A stretch of 64,000 nt of DNA from Nannocystis bainbridge (GTDB lineage: Bacteria; Myxococcota_A; Polyangia; Nannocystales; Nannocystaceae): the NCBI RefSeq assembly GCF_028368995.1, contig NZ_JAQNDL010000002.1, positions 96,001-160,000 of the forward strand, given 5' to 3'. Within the stretch, counting starts at the first letter, position 1. Every line of letters begins with the position of its first letter. Of the stretch, positions 30,507 through 40,379 are shown one piece after another. Made by a program: the position numbers and the translations under genes. The notes beneath the pieces were generated by a model. The model did not search any database. It saw only the letters and a list, made by a program, of their open reading frames with translations, and was not told the origin of the DNA.

Positions 30507-32327
30507 ATGCGTCCCCGCGCCGCCGCGTCCGCTGCCCTGTCTGCGCGTCGCCGTGGTCGAGATCGCAGCGCGAGGCTGCGCGGGCTCGGGCTCGGGTGCG
30601 TGGCCGTCGCGCTCGCTTGCGGGGCCGACGAGCAGAAGTCGGTCAAGGCCGAGGCGAACCCGAACATGCCCGACCGCGTGCACGCGCCCGAGCCCGCGCA
30701 GGAGCGGCCGGCGATCCGCGACTGCCCGGAGGCGCTGCAGGGGGTGGAGCAGGTCGACCGCGTGATCGGCTCCGGCTGCAAGCCGGTGACGGTCCACCCC
30801 GGGTATAGGGTCGAGAACGGGTCGCTGACGATCGAGGCCGGGGTCACGCTGCAGTTCATGCCGGGGGCCGAGCTGGGGGTCGGCTTCGAGCGGCCGGCGA
30901 CGCTCCACGTGCGCGGCACGCCCGAGTCGCCGGTGCGCTTCACGGCCACCGGCGAGGGGGCGAAGCCCGGGGCGTGGAAGGGGGTCGCGCTGTACGAGCA
31001 CGCGGACGAGTCGGAGATCGCCGGGCTGGTGCTCGAGTTCGCCGGCACCGACCTGCGCGGGGCGATCTTCGTCCAGGCGGTCGACGTCAAGATCGACGGC
31101 TCGACCGTGCGCGACAGCCAGAACGTGGCGGTCCACGTGACTTCGCAAGGCCACGTCAGCAGCTTCAAGGGCAACCGGCTCGAGCGCGTGAGCTCGCCGG
31201 CGCTGCTGCTGCCGGCCCGCTCGGCGGGCTCGGTGGCGCCCGACAACACGTTCCCGCCCGACTCGGTGATCCACGTGCTCGGCGGGATGATCCGCGATCG
31301 GGCCCGCTGGGACGTGCCGAAGGTGCCGCTCGTGATCGGCGGGGTGATCGAGATCGAGGGCCCCGACGACAAGCACGAGGCGCTGCTCGAGCTGGCGCCG
31401 GGGACAGTGCTCAAGTTCGACGACGACGCCTACTTCACGGTCGGCTACGACCACCCGGCGTCGCTGGTGGCCGAGGCGGCGGGCAAGGAGCCGATCGTGC
31501 TGACGACGGCGACGGAGCCGCGATCGCAGGCGTGGCGCGGGGTCAACCTGTACCGCTCGGCGACGGCGAGCTTCAGCAACGTGGTGTTCGAGTACGGCGG
31601 CCAGCGCTCGGACCGCGGGGTGGTGTACGCCAACAACGAGGCGCGCCTCAGCGTGAAGGGCTGCACGTTCCACGACAACGGCGGCGGGGTGACGCTGCAG
31701 GGCGCGGCGGTCCGCCTCGGCGAGTTCAGCGGCAACACGTTCGAGCGCTCGCACCCGGCCTTCGACGTGAGCCCGCAGCTGTACGGGATGATCGGGCCCG
31801 ACAACAAGCTCGACGCCGAGACGACGGTGCAGGTCGAGGGCGGCGAGATCGACAAGGACGCGGTGTGGCAAGACTTCGGGGTCCCGATCGAGCTCAAGCG
31901 CCCGATCGCGGTCGACGGCGAGGCGACGCTGACGATCCGCGCGGGGGCCAAGCTGCGCGTGCACGACGGGTTCTCGCTCGGGGTCGGAGAGTTCGGCGGC
32001 GGGACGCTGCGCATCGAAGGCACGGCCGACAAGCCGGTGCAGATGTTCGGGGTCACCGACCGCCGCGGGACGTGGGACGCGATCCGCCTGTACGAGAAGG
32101 CCCGCGGCAACGTGTTCGAGCACGTGCAGCTGCGCAACGCCGGCGGCGAGGGGGCGATCAACGTGGCCATCGGGGTCGACGCGACCGTCCGCGACGTGTC
32201 CTGCGTGCGCTGCTTCAGCCCGACGCTGACGTGGGCCTGCGGCTCGAAGGTGACCTCCGAGCGGGTCACCGGCGGGGCCGAGACGCCGGCAGCGACGCTG
32301 CCGCCGTTCGGCTGCGACCCGGCGTAA
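30507..32327 (+). CDS. Lipoprotein with right-handed beta-helix-type repeats
   Basis: VALAC lipobox; three repeats of LTIEAGVTLQF...L.V.GT...PV.FT...W.G..LY; start uncertain. Confidence 0.8.
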   Translation: MRPRAAASAALSARRRGRDRSARLRGLGLGCVAVALACGADEQKSVKAEANPNMPDRVHAPEPAQERPAIRDCPEALQGVEQVDRVIGSGCKPVTVHPGYRVENGSLTIEAGVTLQFMPGAELGVGFERPATLHVRGTPESPVRFTATGEGAKPGAWKGVALYEHADESEIAGLVLEFAGTDLRGAIFVQAVDVKIDGSTVRDSQNVAVHVTSQGHVSSFKGNRLERVSSPALLLPARSAGSVAPDNTFPPDSVIHVLGGMIRDRARWDVPKVPLVIGGVIEIEGPDDKHEALLELAPGTVLKFDDDAYFTVGYDHPASLVAEAAGKEPIVLTTATEPRSQAWRGVNLYRSATASFSNVVFEYGGQRSDRGVVYANNEARLSVKGCTFHDNGGGVTLQGAAVRLGEFSGNTFERSHPAFDVSPQLYGMIGPDNKLDAETTVQVEGGEIDKDAVWQDFGVPIELKRPIAVDGEATLTIRAGAKLRVHDGFSLGVGEFGGGTLRIEGTADKPVQMFGVTDRRGTWDAIRLYEKARGNVFEHVQLRNAGGEGAINVAIGVDATVRDVSCVRCFSPTLTWACGSKVTSERVTGGAETPAATLPPFGCDPA

Positions 32328-32369
32328 TACGCAGAGGCGCGGCCGGGTGAGGGCGCCGTGACAGGGGCT

Positions 32370-32418
32370 AATTTGTGATCCCTTGGGGGCTGTTTGGGCC
32401 CACAAAGGATCATAAATT
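32370..32418. terminator. AT-rich long hairpin between convergent genes (possible bidirectional terminator)
   Basis: AATTTGTGATCCCTTGGGGGC...GCCCACAAAGGATCATAAATT inverted repeat with G-U pair and mismatches. Confidence 0.45.
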
Positions 32419-32624
32419 GGCTGGTATTTTTCGCTGCCGATGGGCGCGTGACGATGCCCGCGCGTGGGTCCCGAGGGATGTCTCCTCTGCCGACAGGGGC
32501 GTGACGATGCCCGCGTGGGTCCCGAGGAATGCTCTGCGGCCTGCGAGCAGCGTCGAAGTCGCGGCAGGCGTGGCAGCGCGTCGGCTCGAGCTCTGAGCTC
32601 CGCGGGCGTTCTGCCTTCGGAAGA

Positions 32625-32716
32625 CTCCATGGCGAAATGGACAGGTCGAAATGGATATGGTGAAAAGGACATGGCGGATGCGCCATGTCCTGTTCGCCAT
32701 GTCCTTGCGGTCATGG
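32625..32716. repeat. 14-bp-phased array (7 units) at a convergent junction
   Basis: Cores at 32628, 32642, 32656, 32670, 32684, 32698, 32712. Confidence 0.85.
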
Positions 32717-35464
32717 CCGCGGAGGCGGCTTCGGGCGGGCGGCGGCGCGGGTCAGCAGGCGCTCGCTGGCGGCCAGCTGGCGGGCGAAGCTGGCGCCGGC
32801 GCTGCGGTAGAACGCCAGCGCGGCGCCGAGGTGCGGGCGGGCGGCGGCGATGGCGGGAGGCGTGGCGGTCAGCATGGCCTCGGCGAGGGTGCGGTGGGCG
32901 CGAGCGAGGCGCGGGGCCCAGTGCGGGTCGGCCTCGGCGAGCGGGGTGAGCTCGGCGACGGCGGCGGCGAGCGGGACGCGGGCCTCGAGCGGGCGATCGC
33001 GCATGAGCAAGTTCTGGCCGAGGACGAGGTGCAGCTCGGCGAGCTCGTCGCTCGACCAGGTGGCGTCCGGCAGGCGGTCCAGCGTGGCCCGCAGGTGCTC
33101 GACGGCGGTGTCGTCGTCGAACGGGCCGGCCAGGCCGCGATAGCCGGCCAGGAGCGTGGCCTCGGGGCCGAACAGGCGGGTGCCGGACAGCTCCGACAGC
33201 TCGGCGGCGGCGCGGAAGACGGAGGCGGCGTCGTCGTCGTCGCCGATCTCGATGGCGGCGCGGCCGAGGTGAAAGAGGCACCGCGTGCGCCGCACGAGGT
33301 CGTCGGGCAAGAACCGCTCGAGCGCGACGCAGCCGCTCTGGAGGATCGACCACGCCTCGCCAGGCTCGGCCAGCTGAGCCGCGGTGATCCGGGCCTCGAT
33401 GGTGGCGGGGTGGACGACGCCGAGCTCGGCGTCGAAGATCTCGAGCGCGCGGGCGAGCAGCTCGTCGCGCGGGCGGCCCGGATCGGTGACGGCGGCGAGG
33501 TCGAGCAGGGTGGAGCCGACGTCGCGGTGGCCGACCGACAGCGCGGCCTGGCGCACGCCGAGGGCCTCGGTGAAGTAGCGCCGGGCCTCGACGGTGTTGC
33601 GCTGGGCGAGGTGGGCGACGCCGAGGTTGTGGAGGACGAGGCCGCGCAGGGCGTCGGGGTCGGCGCCGCGCGAGGCGAGGGCGAGGGCGAGGGGCTCGTC
33701 GGCGAGGGCGCGGCCGACTGTCTCGGGACGCCGACCGACAGCGACGATCCGCAAGGCGACGGCCTCGGCCGCGATCGCGTCGCCGCGCGACTCGATGCCG
33801 CTGCGCATGGCCCGGGTGAGCCACTCGAGCTCCTGGCCGGTCTCCTCGGCGGTGTTGAGCGAGAGCCGCCCGCGCAGCAAGGCGACCTCGGCGCGCAGCG
33901 GGGCGTAGCCGACCTGCTCGGCGGCGGCCTCGATGTCGACGGCCTCCTCGACGGCCTCGTGGACCCGACCGAGCCGGGCCAGCGCCTCGGCCCGGGCCAT
34001 GTGATCGCGGAGGTCGGCGACCCGCTCGCCGAGGTCGGGGTCGTCGGGCGCAGGCGGCTCGGCCTTGAGGAAGGCGAGGTTGTGGCAGGCGGAGGGCGGC
34101 ACGAGGTCGCTGGCAGCGCCGAGCGCCCGCGGGGCCATGTCCATGTCGGCGATCGAGAGCGCTTTGACGGTGGCGTCGAAGGCGTCGCGCCGGCGCTCGA
34201 GGCAGCGCCGCTGGCGATCGAGGAGGGCCTCGGTGTAGCGGCCCTGGTGCTCGGCGAGGCAGGTGTCGCGGTGGTTCTCGGCCCAGGCGGCGGCGAACCG
34301 ATCGAGCTTGTCGGCGACCTTCGGCCACAGCACGGCGGCGTAGTGAGGAGCCGCGTCGCGCAGGGCGGTGGCGACGGCGTTGCGCTGAGCAGGACCCCAG
34401 ACGCGGGCGATCTCGGCGTCGGCGTCGGCACACGGCGATTCGGCGGAGGCCTCGGGCACGACGGCGAGACCGGCGGCGCCGGCGGTGAGGGCGAGCGCCA
34501 CGGCGGCGCCGACGAGCCGCCAGGTCCGACCGTGCGACGGGGCGAGCGCGCCGAGCAGGGCCTCCATCGACGGGTAGCGATCACGCGGCTCGGTCTTGAG
34601 GCCGCGCATGAGGGCGCCGACCAACCAGGCGGGCACGCCATGGTTGCGCGGAGGTGGCCGCGGCGGGCCGCTGGTGATCGCGTGGGAGAGGGCGAGGATG
34701 TCGTTGCCGGCGAACGGCGGCAGGCCGAACAGGGCCTCGTAGAGCGCGACGCAGAAGCTGAACTGATCGGAGGCGGGCTGGGCCGGGCCGCCGCGCCAGC
34801 GCTCGGGCGCGAGATAAGCGGGGGTGCCGAGGATGTCGTCGTCGTCCTCGCCAGTGAGGCGCGCGCGCATGCTCTGGTTGGCGCTCTGGCCCGACAGCTC
34901 GAGCAGGCTCGGACGATCGGGGGTGGCGCGCACGAGGCCGAAATCGAGGACGCAGGCGCGACCGGTGGCGTCGATCATGACGTTGCCGGGCTTGAAGTCG
35001 CGATGCAAAAGGCCGACGCCGTGCGCGGCGGCGAGGCCCCGCGCGGCCTGGGTGAAGATGTCGTGGATCTCGCGCCAGGTGCGTGGGCCGGCGGCGAGCC
35101 AGGCAGGCAAGGCAGCGCCGCGGATCAGCTCCATGGCGATGTAGACCTGACCCTTGACGACGCCGGCTTCGAGCACGGTGATGACGTTGGGGTGGCTGAC
35201 CCCGGCCATCGCCTGGGCCTCGCGCAGCAGCCGGATCTGGCCCCTGGAGCCGGTGTCGGGCAAGACCTTGATGGCGATCTTGCGATCGAGGAGCTCGTCG
35301 TAGGCGGCGTAGACGGCCGCCGTTCCGCCGCCGAGCCGCTCGAGGATGGTGAACCGACCGAGCCGCGGAGGCAGGGTCGCAGGGATGATCGCGACACCAG
35401 GCAGCGACTGCGTGATGTCCACCGAGATCCCCGACGCGTCCGTATCGGGAATGATGACGCTCAT
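32711..35464 (-). CDS. Ser/Thr kinase with TM segment and extracytoplasmic TPR-rich domain
   Basis: IAIK, HRDFKPGN, DFG, GTPAYLAPE, SDQFSFCVALYEAL; TPR-like HNLGVAHL...ARRYFTEALGVR. Confidence 0.9.
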   Translation of the reverse strand: MSVIIPDTDASGISVDITQSLPGVAIIPATLPPRLGRFTILERLGGGTAAVYAAYDELLDRKIAIKVLPDTGSRGQIRLLREAQAMAGVSHPNVITVLEAGVVKGQVYIAMELIRGAALPAWLAAGPRTWREIHDIFTQAARGLAAAHGVGLLHRDFKPGNVMIDATGRACVLDFGLVRATPDRPSLLELSGQSANQSMRARLTGEDDDDILGTPAYLAPERWRGGPAQPASDQFSFCVALYEALFGLPPFAGNDILALSHAITSGPPRPPPRNHGVPAWLVGALMRGLKTEPRDRYPSMEALLGALAPSHGRTWRLVGAAVALALTAGAAGLAVVPEASAESPCADADAEIARVWGPAQRNAVATALRDAAPHYAAVLWPKVADKLDRFAAAWAENHRDTCLAEHQGRYTEALLDRQRRCLERRRDAFDATVKALSIADMDMAPRALGAASDLVPPSACHNLAFLKAEPPAPDDPDLGERVADLRDHMARAEALARLGRVHEAVEEAVDIEAAAEQVGYAPLRAEVALLRGRLSLNTAEETGQELEWLTRAMRSGIESRGDAIAAEAVALRIVAVGRRPETVGRALADEPLALALASRGADPDALRGLVLHNLGVAHLAQRNTVEARRYFTEALGVRQAALSVGHRDVGSTLLDLAAVTDPGRPRDELLARALEIFDAELGVVHPATIEARITAAQLAEPGEAWSILQSGCVALERFLPDDLVRRTRCLFHLGRAAIEIGDDDDAASVFRAAAELSELSGTRLFGPEATLLAGYRGLAGPFDDDTAVEHLRATLDRLPDATWSSDELAELHLVLGQNLLMRDRPLEARVPLAAAVAELTPLAEADPHWAPRLARAHRTLAEAMLTATPPAIAAARPHLGAALAFYRSAGASFARQLAASERLLTRAAARPKPPPRP

Positions 35465-35975
35465 GGGATTCGACCAGTCTTGCACCGACCTCCACGTACG
35501 CCGGGACCACGGGGTCGCGGGGCCGATGTAGGCCGTTCAAGCGGCGCGGCGGCCTCGTGGGGCGCGTCCGCTCGATGGTCACGCGCAGCGGGCGCTCGTC
35601 ATGACCTGTCCTCGAGTTCTAAAAATCGGGCGTTGGTGGAATGGCGGCAGAGGGCCGCGCAAGGCGGTGTGGGCGCGATCTGTGGTTGATGGGGTGCGGC
35701 GTATGTGCGCCGGATCAATTCGATCGCGCGGACGCGAGATGTGGATCGTGGCACGGCGATTTCCGTCGCCGACGCTCCGTCGCGGCGCTCGCGTCGCGGT
35801 CGCGTCCGCGATCGCGGCGGGCCTCGTGATCGCGCCGAAGCCGAGGCCGGGGCCGCGCGCCCGGGGGCGCGACGGCGAAGGGCGGTACCGGTGTTCCGCC
35901 GCCGCGCGGCGCGTGCGGAGGATGGCCGCCGGTCCGGATTGCGCGCGGCGGCGGCAACGGGCACCTTCGGCCCGG

Positions 35976-37271
35976 ATGTCGAAGGTCTCCGACGGCCCCG
36001 CGAAAACTCCGTCCCGCGCCCGCGTGCTGCGAGGTCGCCTGCTGTGCCCCGATCCGCGGCAGGCGAAGATCGAGCGCATCGCCGACGGCCTGCTGACGAT
36101 CGGCGAGGACGGCCGGATCGTGTCGATCGCGCCGGCGCCGGAGGATTGCCCGCTGCCGCCGTCGTACCCGGGCGCGGTGATCCTGCCCGGCTTCGTCGAC
36201 ACCCACGTGCATTTCCCGCAGACGCGCGTGATCGGCAGCGCGAGCGGGCCGCTGCTGCGCTGGCTCGAGCGGTCCGTGTTCCCGGAGGAGCTGCGGTTTC
36301 ACAGCCTGCGCTACGCGGCGGCGGTGGCGTGGGAGTTCTGCGAGGCGCTGATCCGCCAGGGCACCACGTGCGCGGCGATCTACGCCTCGAGCCACGAGGC
36401 GGCCACCGACGTGCTGTTCCACGAGCTCGACCGCTGCGGGCTGCGAGCATTGGTCGGCATGACGCTGATGGACCGCGGGGCGCCGGAGGGGCTGCTGGTC
36501 GGCGTCGACGAGGCGATGGCGGGCTGCGAGCGGCTGATCGCGCGCTGGCACGGTCACGACGGGCGGCTCGGCTTCTGCGTCACGCCGCGGTTCGCCCTCA
36601 GCTGCACGCCGGGGCTGCTGCGCGCGGCGGGGCGGCTGGCCGAGACCCACGGCCTGCATGTCCAGACGCACCTGTCCGAAAATACAGACGAGCTGCGGCA
36701 CACGGCGGCGGCGTTCCCGGCGGCGCGTGATTATCTCGAGGTGTACGAGTCGCACGGGCTCAGCGGGCCGCGCTCGTTGTTCGCGCACTGCGTGCACCTG
36801 TCGGACGGCGAGTGGGACCGACTGGCGGCGACCGGCGGCGCGGTGGCCCATTGCCCCGACAGCAACTTCTTCCTCGGCAGCGGCTGCATGCGCCTGCGCG
36901 CGGCCACCGGGCGATCGATCCGCGTCGGCCTCGGCACCGACGTGGGCGCGGGCCGCAGCTTCTCGCTGCGCCAGGTGATCGCGAGCGCCTACGACGCGAG
37001 CCTCATCGCGGGGGCGCCCGCGACGGCCGAGGAACTGCTGTGGCTGGCGACGCGGGGCGGAGCCTGCGCGTTGGGGATGGCGGACGAGCTCGGTTGCCTG
37101 CAGCCCGGTCACGCGGCCGATCTGGCGGTGATCGACGCGCCCGAGATCGCGGGCGCCGAGGGGCTGTTCGACGCGCTGGCGTTCCGCCGCGACGCGGCGC
37201 CCGCTCGCGCGGTGTTCGTGCGCGGGGCGCTGCTCCGCGGGGCGGTCGCTGCGGGTCCCGAGGTGGTGTAA
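35976..37271 (+). CDS. guaD: Guanine deaminase (amidohydrolase superfamily)
   Basis: PGFVDTHVHFPQ, WLE...FPEE, VTPRFALSC, QTHLSEN, AHCVHL, HCPDSN, GTDVGAG. Confidence 0.92.
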   Translation: MSKVSDGPAKTPSRARVLRGRLLCPDPRQAKIERIADGLLTIGEDGRIVSIAPAPEDCPLPPSYPGAVILPGFVDTHVHFPQTRVIGSASGPLLRWLERSVFPEELRFHSLRYAAAVAWEFCEALIRQGTTCAAIYASSHEAATDVLFHELDRCGLRALVGMTLMDRGAPEGLLVGVDEAMAGCERLIARWHGHDGRLGFCVTPRFALSCTPGLLRAAGRLAETHGLHVQTHLSENTDELRHTAAAFPAARDYLEVYESHGLSGPRSLFAHCVHLSDGEWDRLAATGGAVAHCPDSNFFLGSGCMRLRAATGRSIRVGLGTDVGAGRSFSLRQVIASAYDASLIAGAPATAEELLWLATRGGACALGMADELGCLQPGHAADLAVIDAPEIAGAEGLFDALAFRRDAAPARAVFVRGALLRGAVAAGPEVV

Positions 37272-37279
37272 ACCGGAGC

Positions 37280-38701
37280 ATGCTCCGCGAGACGTATCCC
37301 CTGTTCCTCGGCGGCCGCGCGGTGCAGGCCAACTTCGACCTGCCCGTGTTGGACAAGTTCTCCGGCGAGGAGGCGGCCCGGGTGGCCCAGGCCGACGCGG
37401 GCACGCTCGACGCGGCGATCGCCGCCGCCGCAGGGACGACGCGGGCGACCGCCGCGATGCCGCCGTACGCCCGCCAGGCGGCGCTCGAGCACTGCGTGCG
37501 GCGGTTCGAGGAGCGCGCGGCGGAGCTGGCGATGGTGCTGTGCATCGAGGCGGGCAAGCCGATCCGCGACGCCCGCGGCGAGGTTGGTCGCCTGATCGAG
37601 ACGTTCAAGGCGGCCGCGGCCGAGGTGACGCGGCCGGCCGGCGAGGTGCTGGCGATGGCCTCGAGCCCGCGCCTGCACGGCTACCGCGGGCAGTGGAAGC
37701 GGGTGCCCATCGGCGCGTGCTCGCTGATCTCGCCGTTCAACTTCCCGCTCAACCTGGCGGCCCACAAGATCGCGCCGGCGATCGCGGCGGGCTGCCCGTT
37801 CGTGCTCAAGCCGGCCAGCGCGACCCCGATCTCGGCGCTGCTGATCGGCGAGGTGCTGGCCGAGACCGAGCTGCCCGAAGGGTCATGGTCGATCGTGCCG
37901 TGCCCGCGCGCCGGCGCCGACGCGCTGGCCAGCGACGAGCGCCTGAAGCTGCTCAGCTTCACCGGCTCGCCGGCGGTCGGCTGGGCGATGAAGGCCCGCG
38001 CCGGCAAGAAGAAGGTGGTGCTCGAGCTCGGCGGCAACGCGGCCTGCGTGATCGACGAGACGGCGGACCTCGAGAAGGTGGTGCCGCGGCTCATCACGGG
38101 GGTGTTCTATCAGTCGGGCCAGAGCTGCATCAGCGTGCAGCGGATCCTCGCCCACGCGTCGATCTACGCGGAGCTGCGCGACCGGCTGGTGGCGGCGACG
38201 GCCGAGCTCAAGGTCGGCGACCCACGCGACGAGGACACGTTCATCGGCCCCATCATCTCGGAGAAGGAGGCGCGCCGGATCGCCGCGTGGATCGAGGCCG
38301 CGGTGCAGGCCGGGGCGCGGCGGCTGTGCGGGGGCGGGCGCGACGGGGTGATGGTAGCGCCGACGCTGCTCGAGCGCGTGCCGCGAGACCAGCCGATCGC
38401 CGCCGAGGAGGCGTTCGGGCCGGTGGCGCTGCTGCAGGAGTTCGCTACGTTCGACGAGGCGCTGCAGCAGGTCAACGACAGCAAGTTCGGGCTGCAGGCG
38501 GGGGTGTTCACCCGCGACATCGAGCGCATGCACCAGGCCTGGGACTCGCTCGAGGTCGGCGGGGTGATCGTGAACGACGTGCCGTCGTTCCGCGCCGACC
38601 CGATGCCCTACGGCGGGGTCAAGGACTCGGGCCTCGGCCGCGAGGGGCTGCGCTTCGCCATCGAGGACATGTCGGAGATCCGGATGCTGGTGGTGCGCTG
38701 A
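37280..38701 (+). CDS. NAD(P)-dependent aldehyde dehydrogenase
   Basis: ISPFNFP, FTGS, LELGGN, GQSCIS, EEAFGP, PYGGVKDSGLGREG. Confidence 0.95.
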   Translation: MLRETYPLFLGGRAVQANFDLPVLDKFSGEEAARVAQADAGTLDAAIAAAAGTTRATAAMPPYARQAALEHCVRRFEERAAELAMVLCIEAGKPIRDARGEVGRLIETFKAAAAEVTRPAGEVLAMASSPRLHGYRGQWKRVPIGACSLISPFNFPLNLAAHKIAPAIAAGCPFVLKPASATPISALLIGEVLAETELPEGSWSIVPCPRAGADALASDERLKLLSFTGSPAVGWAMKARAGKKKVVLELGGNAACVIDETADLEKVVPRLITGVFYQSGQSCISVQRILAHASIYAELRDRLVAATAELKVGDPRDEDTFIGPIISEKEARRIAAWIEAAVQAGARRLCGGGRDGVMVAPTLLERVPRDQPIAAEEAFGPVALLQEFATFDEALQQVNDSKFGLQAGVFTRDIERMHQAWDSLEVGGVIVNDVPSFRADPMPYGGVKDSGLGREGLRFAIEDMSEIRMLVVR

Positions 38702-38713
38702 GGCTGGCCTTTG

Positions 38714-38750
38714 GCGCATGTCGTGAGGGACATGCGCGAAGGGACATGTA
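38714..38750. repeat. 14-bp-phased array (3 units) between convergent genes
   Basis: CATG at 38717, 38731, 38745. Confidence 0.75.
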
Positions 38751-38756
38751 CCACTG

Positions 38757-39554
38757 TCAGACGACCGGGACGGTGCCGCCGTCGATGGTGGTCTCGCTGC
38801 CGTGGATCGAGCCGGCGCGGTCGGAGACGAGGAAGGCGACCAACTCGGCGACCTCCTCGGGCCGGCCGGGGCGGCCGATGGGGATGCCGCCGAGCGAGGT
38901 CATGAGGCCGTTGCGGGCGGTGGCCTCGTCGGTGCCGGACTCGGCGGCGAGGCGGACGACGAGGGCGTGGGCGGCGGCGGTCTCGATGAAGCCGGGGGCG
39001 ATGCTGTTGACGCGCACGCCCTGGGGGCCGAACTCCCGCGCCAGGCCCTTGCTGTAGGTGCTGAGGGCGGCCTTGGCGGCGGCGTAGGCGAGCGTGGCCT
39101 CGGGCAGCGGCATGCGGCGCTGGATCGAGGAGACGTGGAGGATGACGCCGGAGCGCTGGGCGACCATGCCGGGCAAAAAGGCGCGGTCGAAGCGGACGGC
39201 GGCGAGGAGGTTGAGGTCGAGGTCATGACGCCAGTGGTCGTCGTCGAGGGCGAGGGCGCCGCCGCCGGGAGCGGACGAACCGCCGGCGTTGTCGACGAGG
39301 ATGTCGACGCCGCCGAAGGCGTCGGTCACGGCCCGCACGACCCGCTCGACGCCCTCACGGGTGGCGATGTCGGCCTGCACGAACAGGGCGGGCTCCTGGC
39401 CTTCGGGCAAGGCGGAGCGCGCGGTGGTGGCGACCGTCGCGCCGCCGGCGGCGAGCCGACGCACGACGGCGGCGCCCATGCCCTGGGTGCCGCCGGTGAC
39501 GAGGACGCGCTTGCCGGTGAACTCGCGGGAGTCGTAGAAGAAAGGCTGGGTCAT
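38757..39554 (-). CDS. Short-chain dehydrogenase/reductase
   Basis: VTGGTQGMG, DNAG, YAAAK, VRVNSIAPG, DGG. Confidence 0.94.
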   Translation of the reverse strand: MTQPFFYDSREFTGKRVLVTGGTQGMGAAVVRRLAAGGATVATTARSALPEGQEPALFVQADIATREGVERVVRAVTDAFGGVDILVDNAGGSSAPGGGALALDDDHWRHDLDLNLLAAVRFDRAFLPGMVAQRSGVILHVSSIQRRMPLPEATLAYAAAKAALSTYSKGLAREFGPQGVRVNSIAPGFIETAAAHALVVRLAAESGTDEATARNGLMTSLGGIPIGRPGRPEEVAELVAFLVSDRAGSIHGSETTIDGGTVPVV

Positions 39555-39652
39555 TGGATCGATCTCCGATCGAGCACACGCGCGGCGCGACGTTCGCCGC
39601 CGACGATTGCCCGGACCGCGAAGATGGGCCCAGTATGCAGGGGTGACAAGGA

Positions 39653-39687
39653 CGCACGAAGAAGTGAGCCGCTCACCTGCAGGTAAG
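39653..39687. promoter_or_regulatory. Two C(T/G)CAC-N6-GT(A/G)AG boxes, candidate HxlR operators
   Basis: CGCACGAAGAAGTGAG and CTCACCTGCAGGTAAG between the divergent SDR and HxlR genes. Confidence 0.45.
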
Positions 39688-40113
39688 TCGGAGCCGTGGA
39701 CGCCGGAGACCGCGGCGGAGGCCGTGAGCGAGGCGCTGGCGCTGCTCGAGGGGCGCTGGAAGCTGCGCATCTTGTTCCACCTGTTCGGTGGCAAGGTGCT
39801 GCGCTACTCGGAGCTGGAGCGCGCCATCCCGGAGGTGTCGCAGAAGATGCTGGCGCAGCAGCTGCGCAAGCTCGAGAGCGACGGGCTGGTCCGCCGCGAG
39901 GTGTTCGGCGAGGTGCCGCCGCGCGTGGAGTATCGCCTCACGGAGTGGGGGCAGTCGCTGTGCCCGGTGCTCGATGCGCTGCTGCAGTGGCACGCGCGGC
40001 GGGAGGGGAGCGATGCGGAGACCGCCGACGCTGCGGGCGAGGCGGTCGCGGTCTCGTCAGGGGCAGGGCGGCAGAGATGTCCTGAAGGCCAGGTCGATGA
40101 CGCGAGGCGGTGA
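39664..40113 (+). CDS. HxlR-family regulator
   Basis: LEGRWKLRILFHL, RYSELERAIPEVSQKMLAQQLR, EVPPRVEYRLT; start uncertain. Confidence 0.9.
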   Translation: MSRSPAGKSEPWTPETAAEAVSEALALLEGRWKLRILFHLFGGKVLRYSELERAIPEVSQKMLAQQLRKLESDGLVRREVFGEVPPRVEYRLTEWGQSLCPVLDALLQWHARREGSDAETADAAGEAVAVSSGAGRQRCPEGQVDDARR

Positions 40114-40379
40114 TGTCGAGGCTGAGTTCGCGGCCGGTCGTCGGCGGCGGGCCGGAGCGGGCAGGTCGAAGTGGCTGTCCTGAAGGCCAGGTCGACGGCG
40201 GCGAGTCGGAGCTGGGAACTCGATGCGGCCGGCTGTGCTCGCGGCCGGGCGGGAGCGAAATAAGCTGTCTCTCAGGACAGGTCGATGCTCGGCCGGCCCG
40301 GGCCCGCCAGGGCGTGCGGTCGCGACGAAGCCGCCCGGAGTCGCGAGACGCCGGGCGGGACGGAGGGCCGGCGCGCCGA

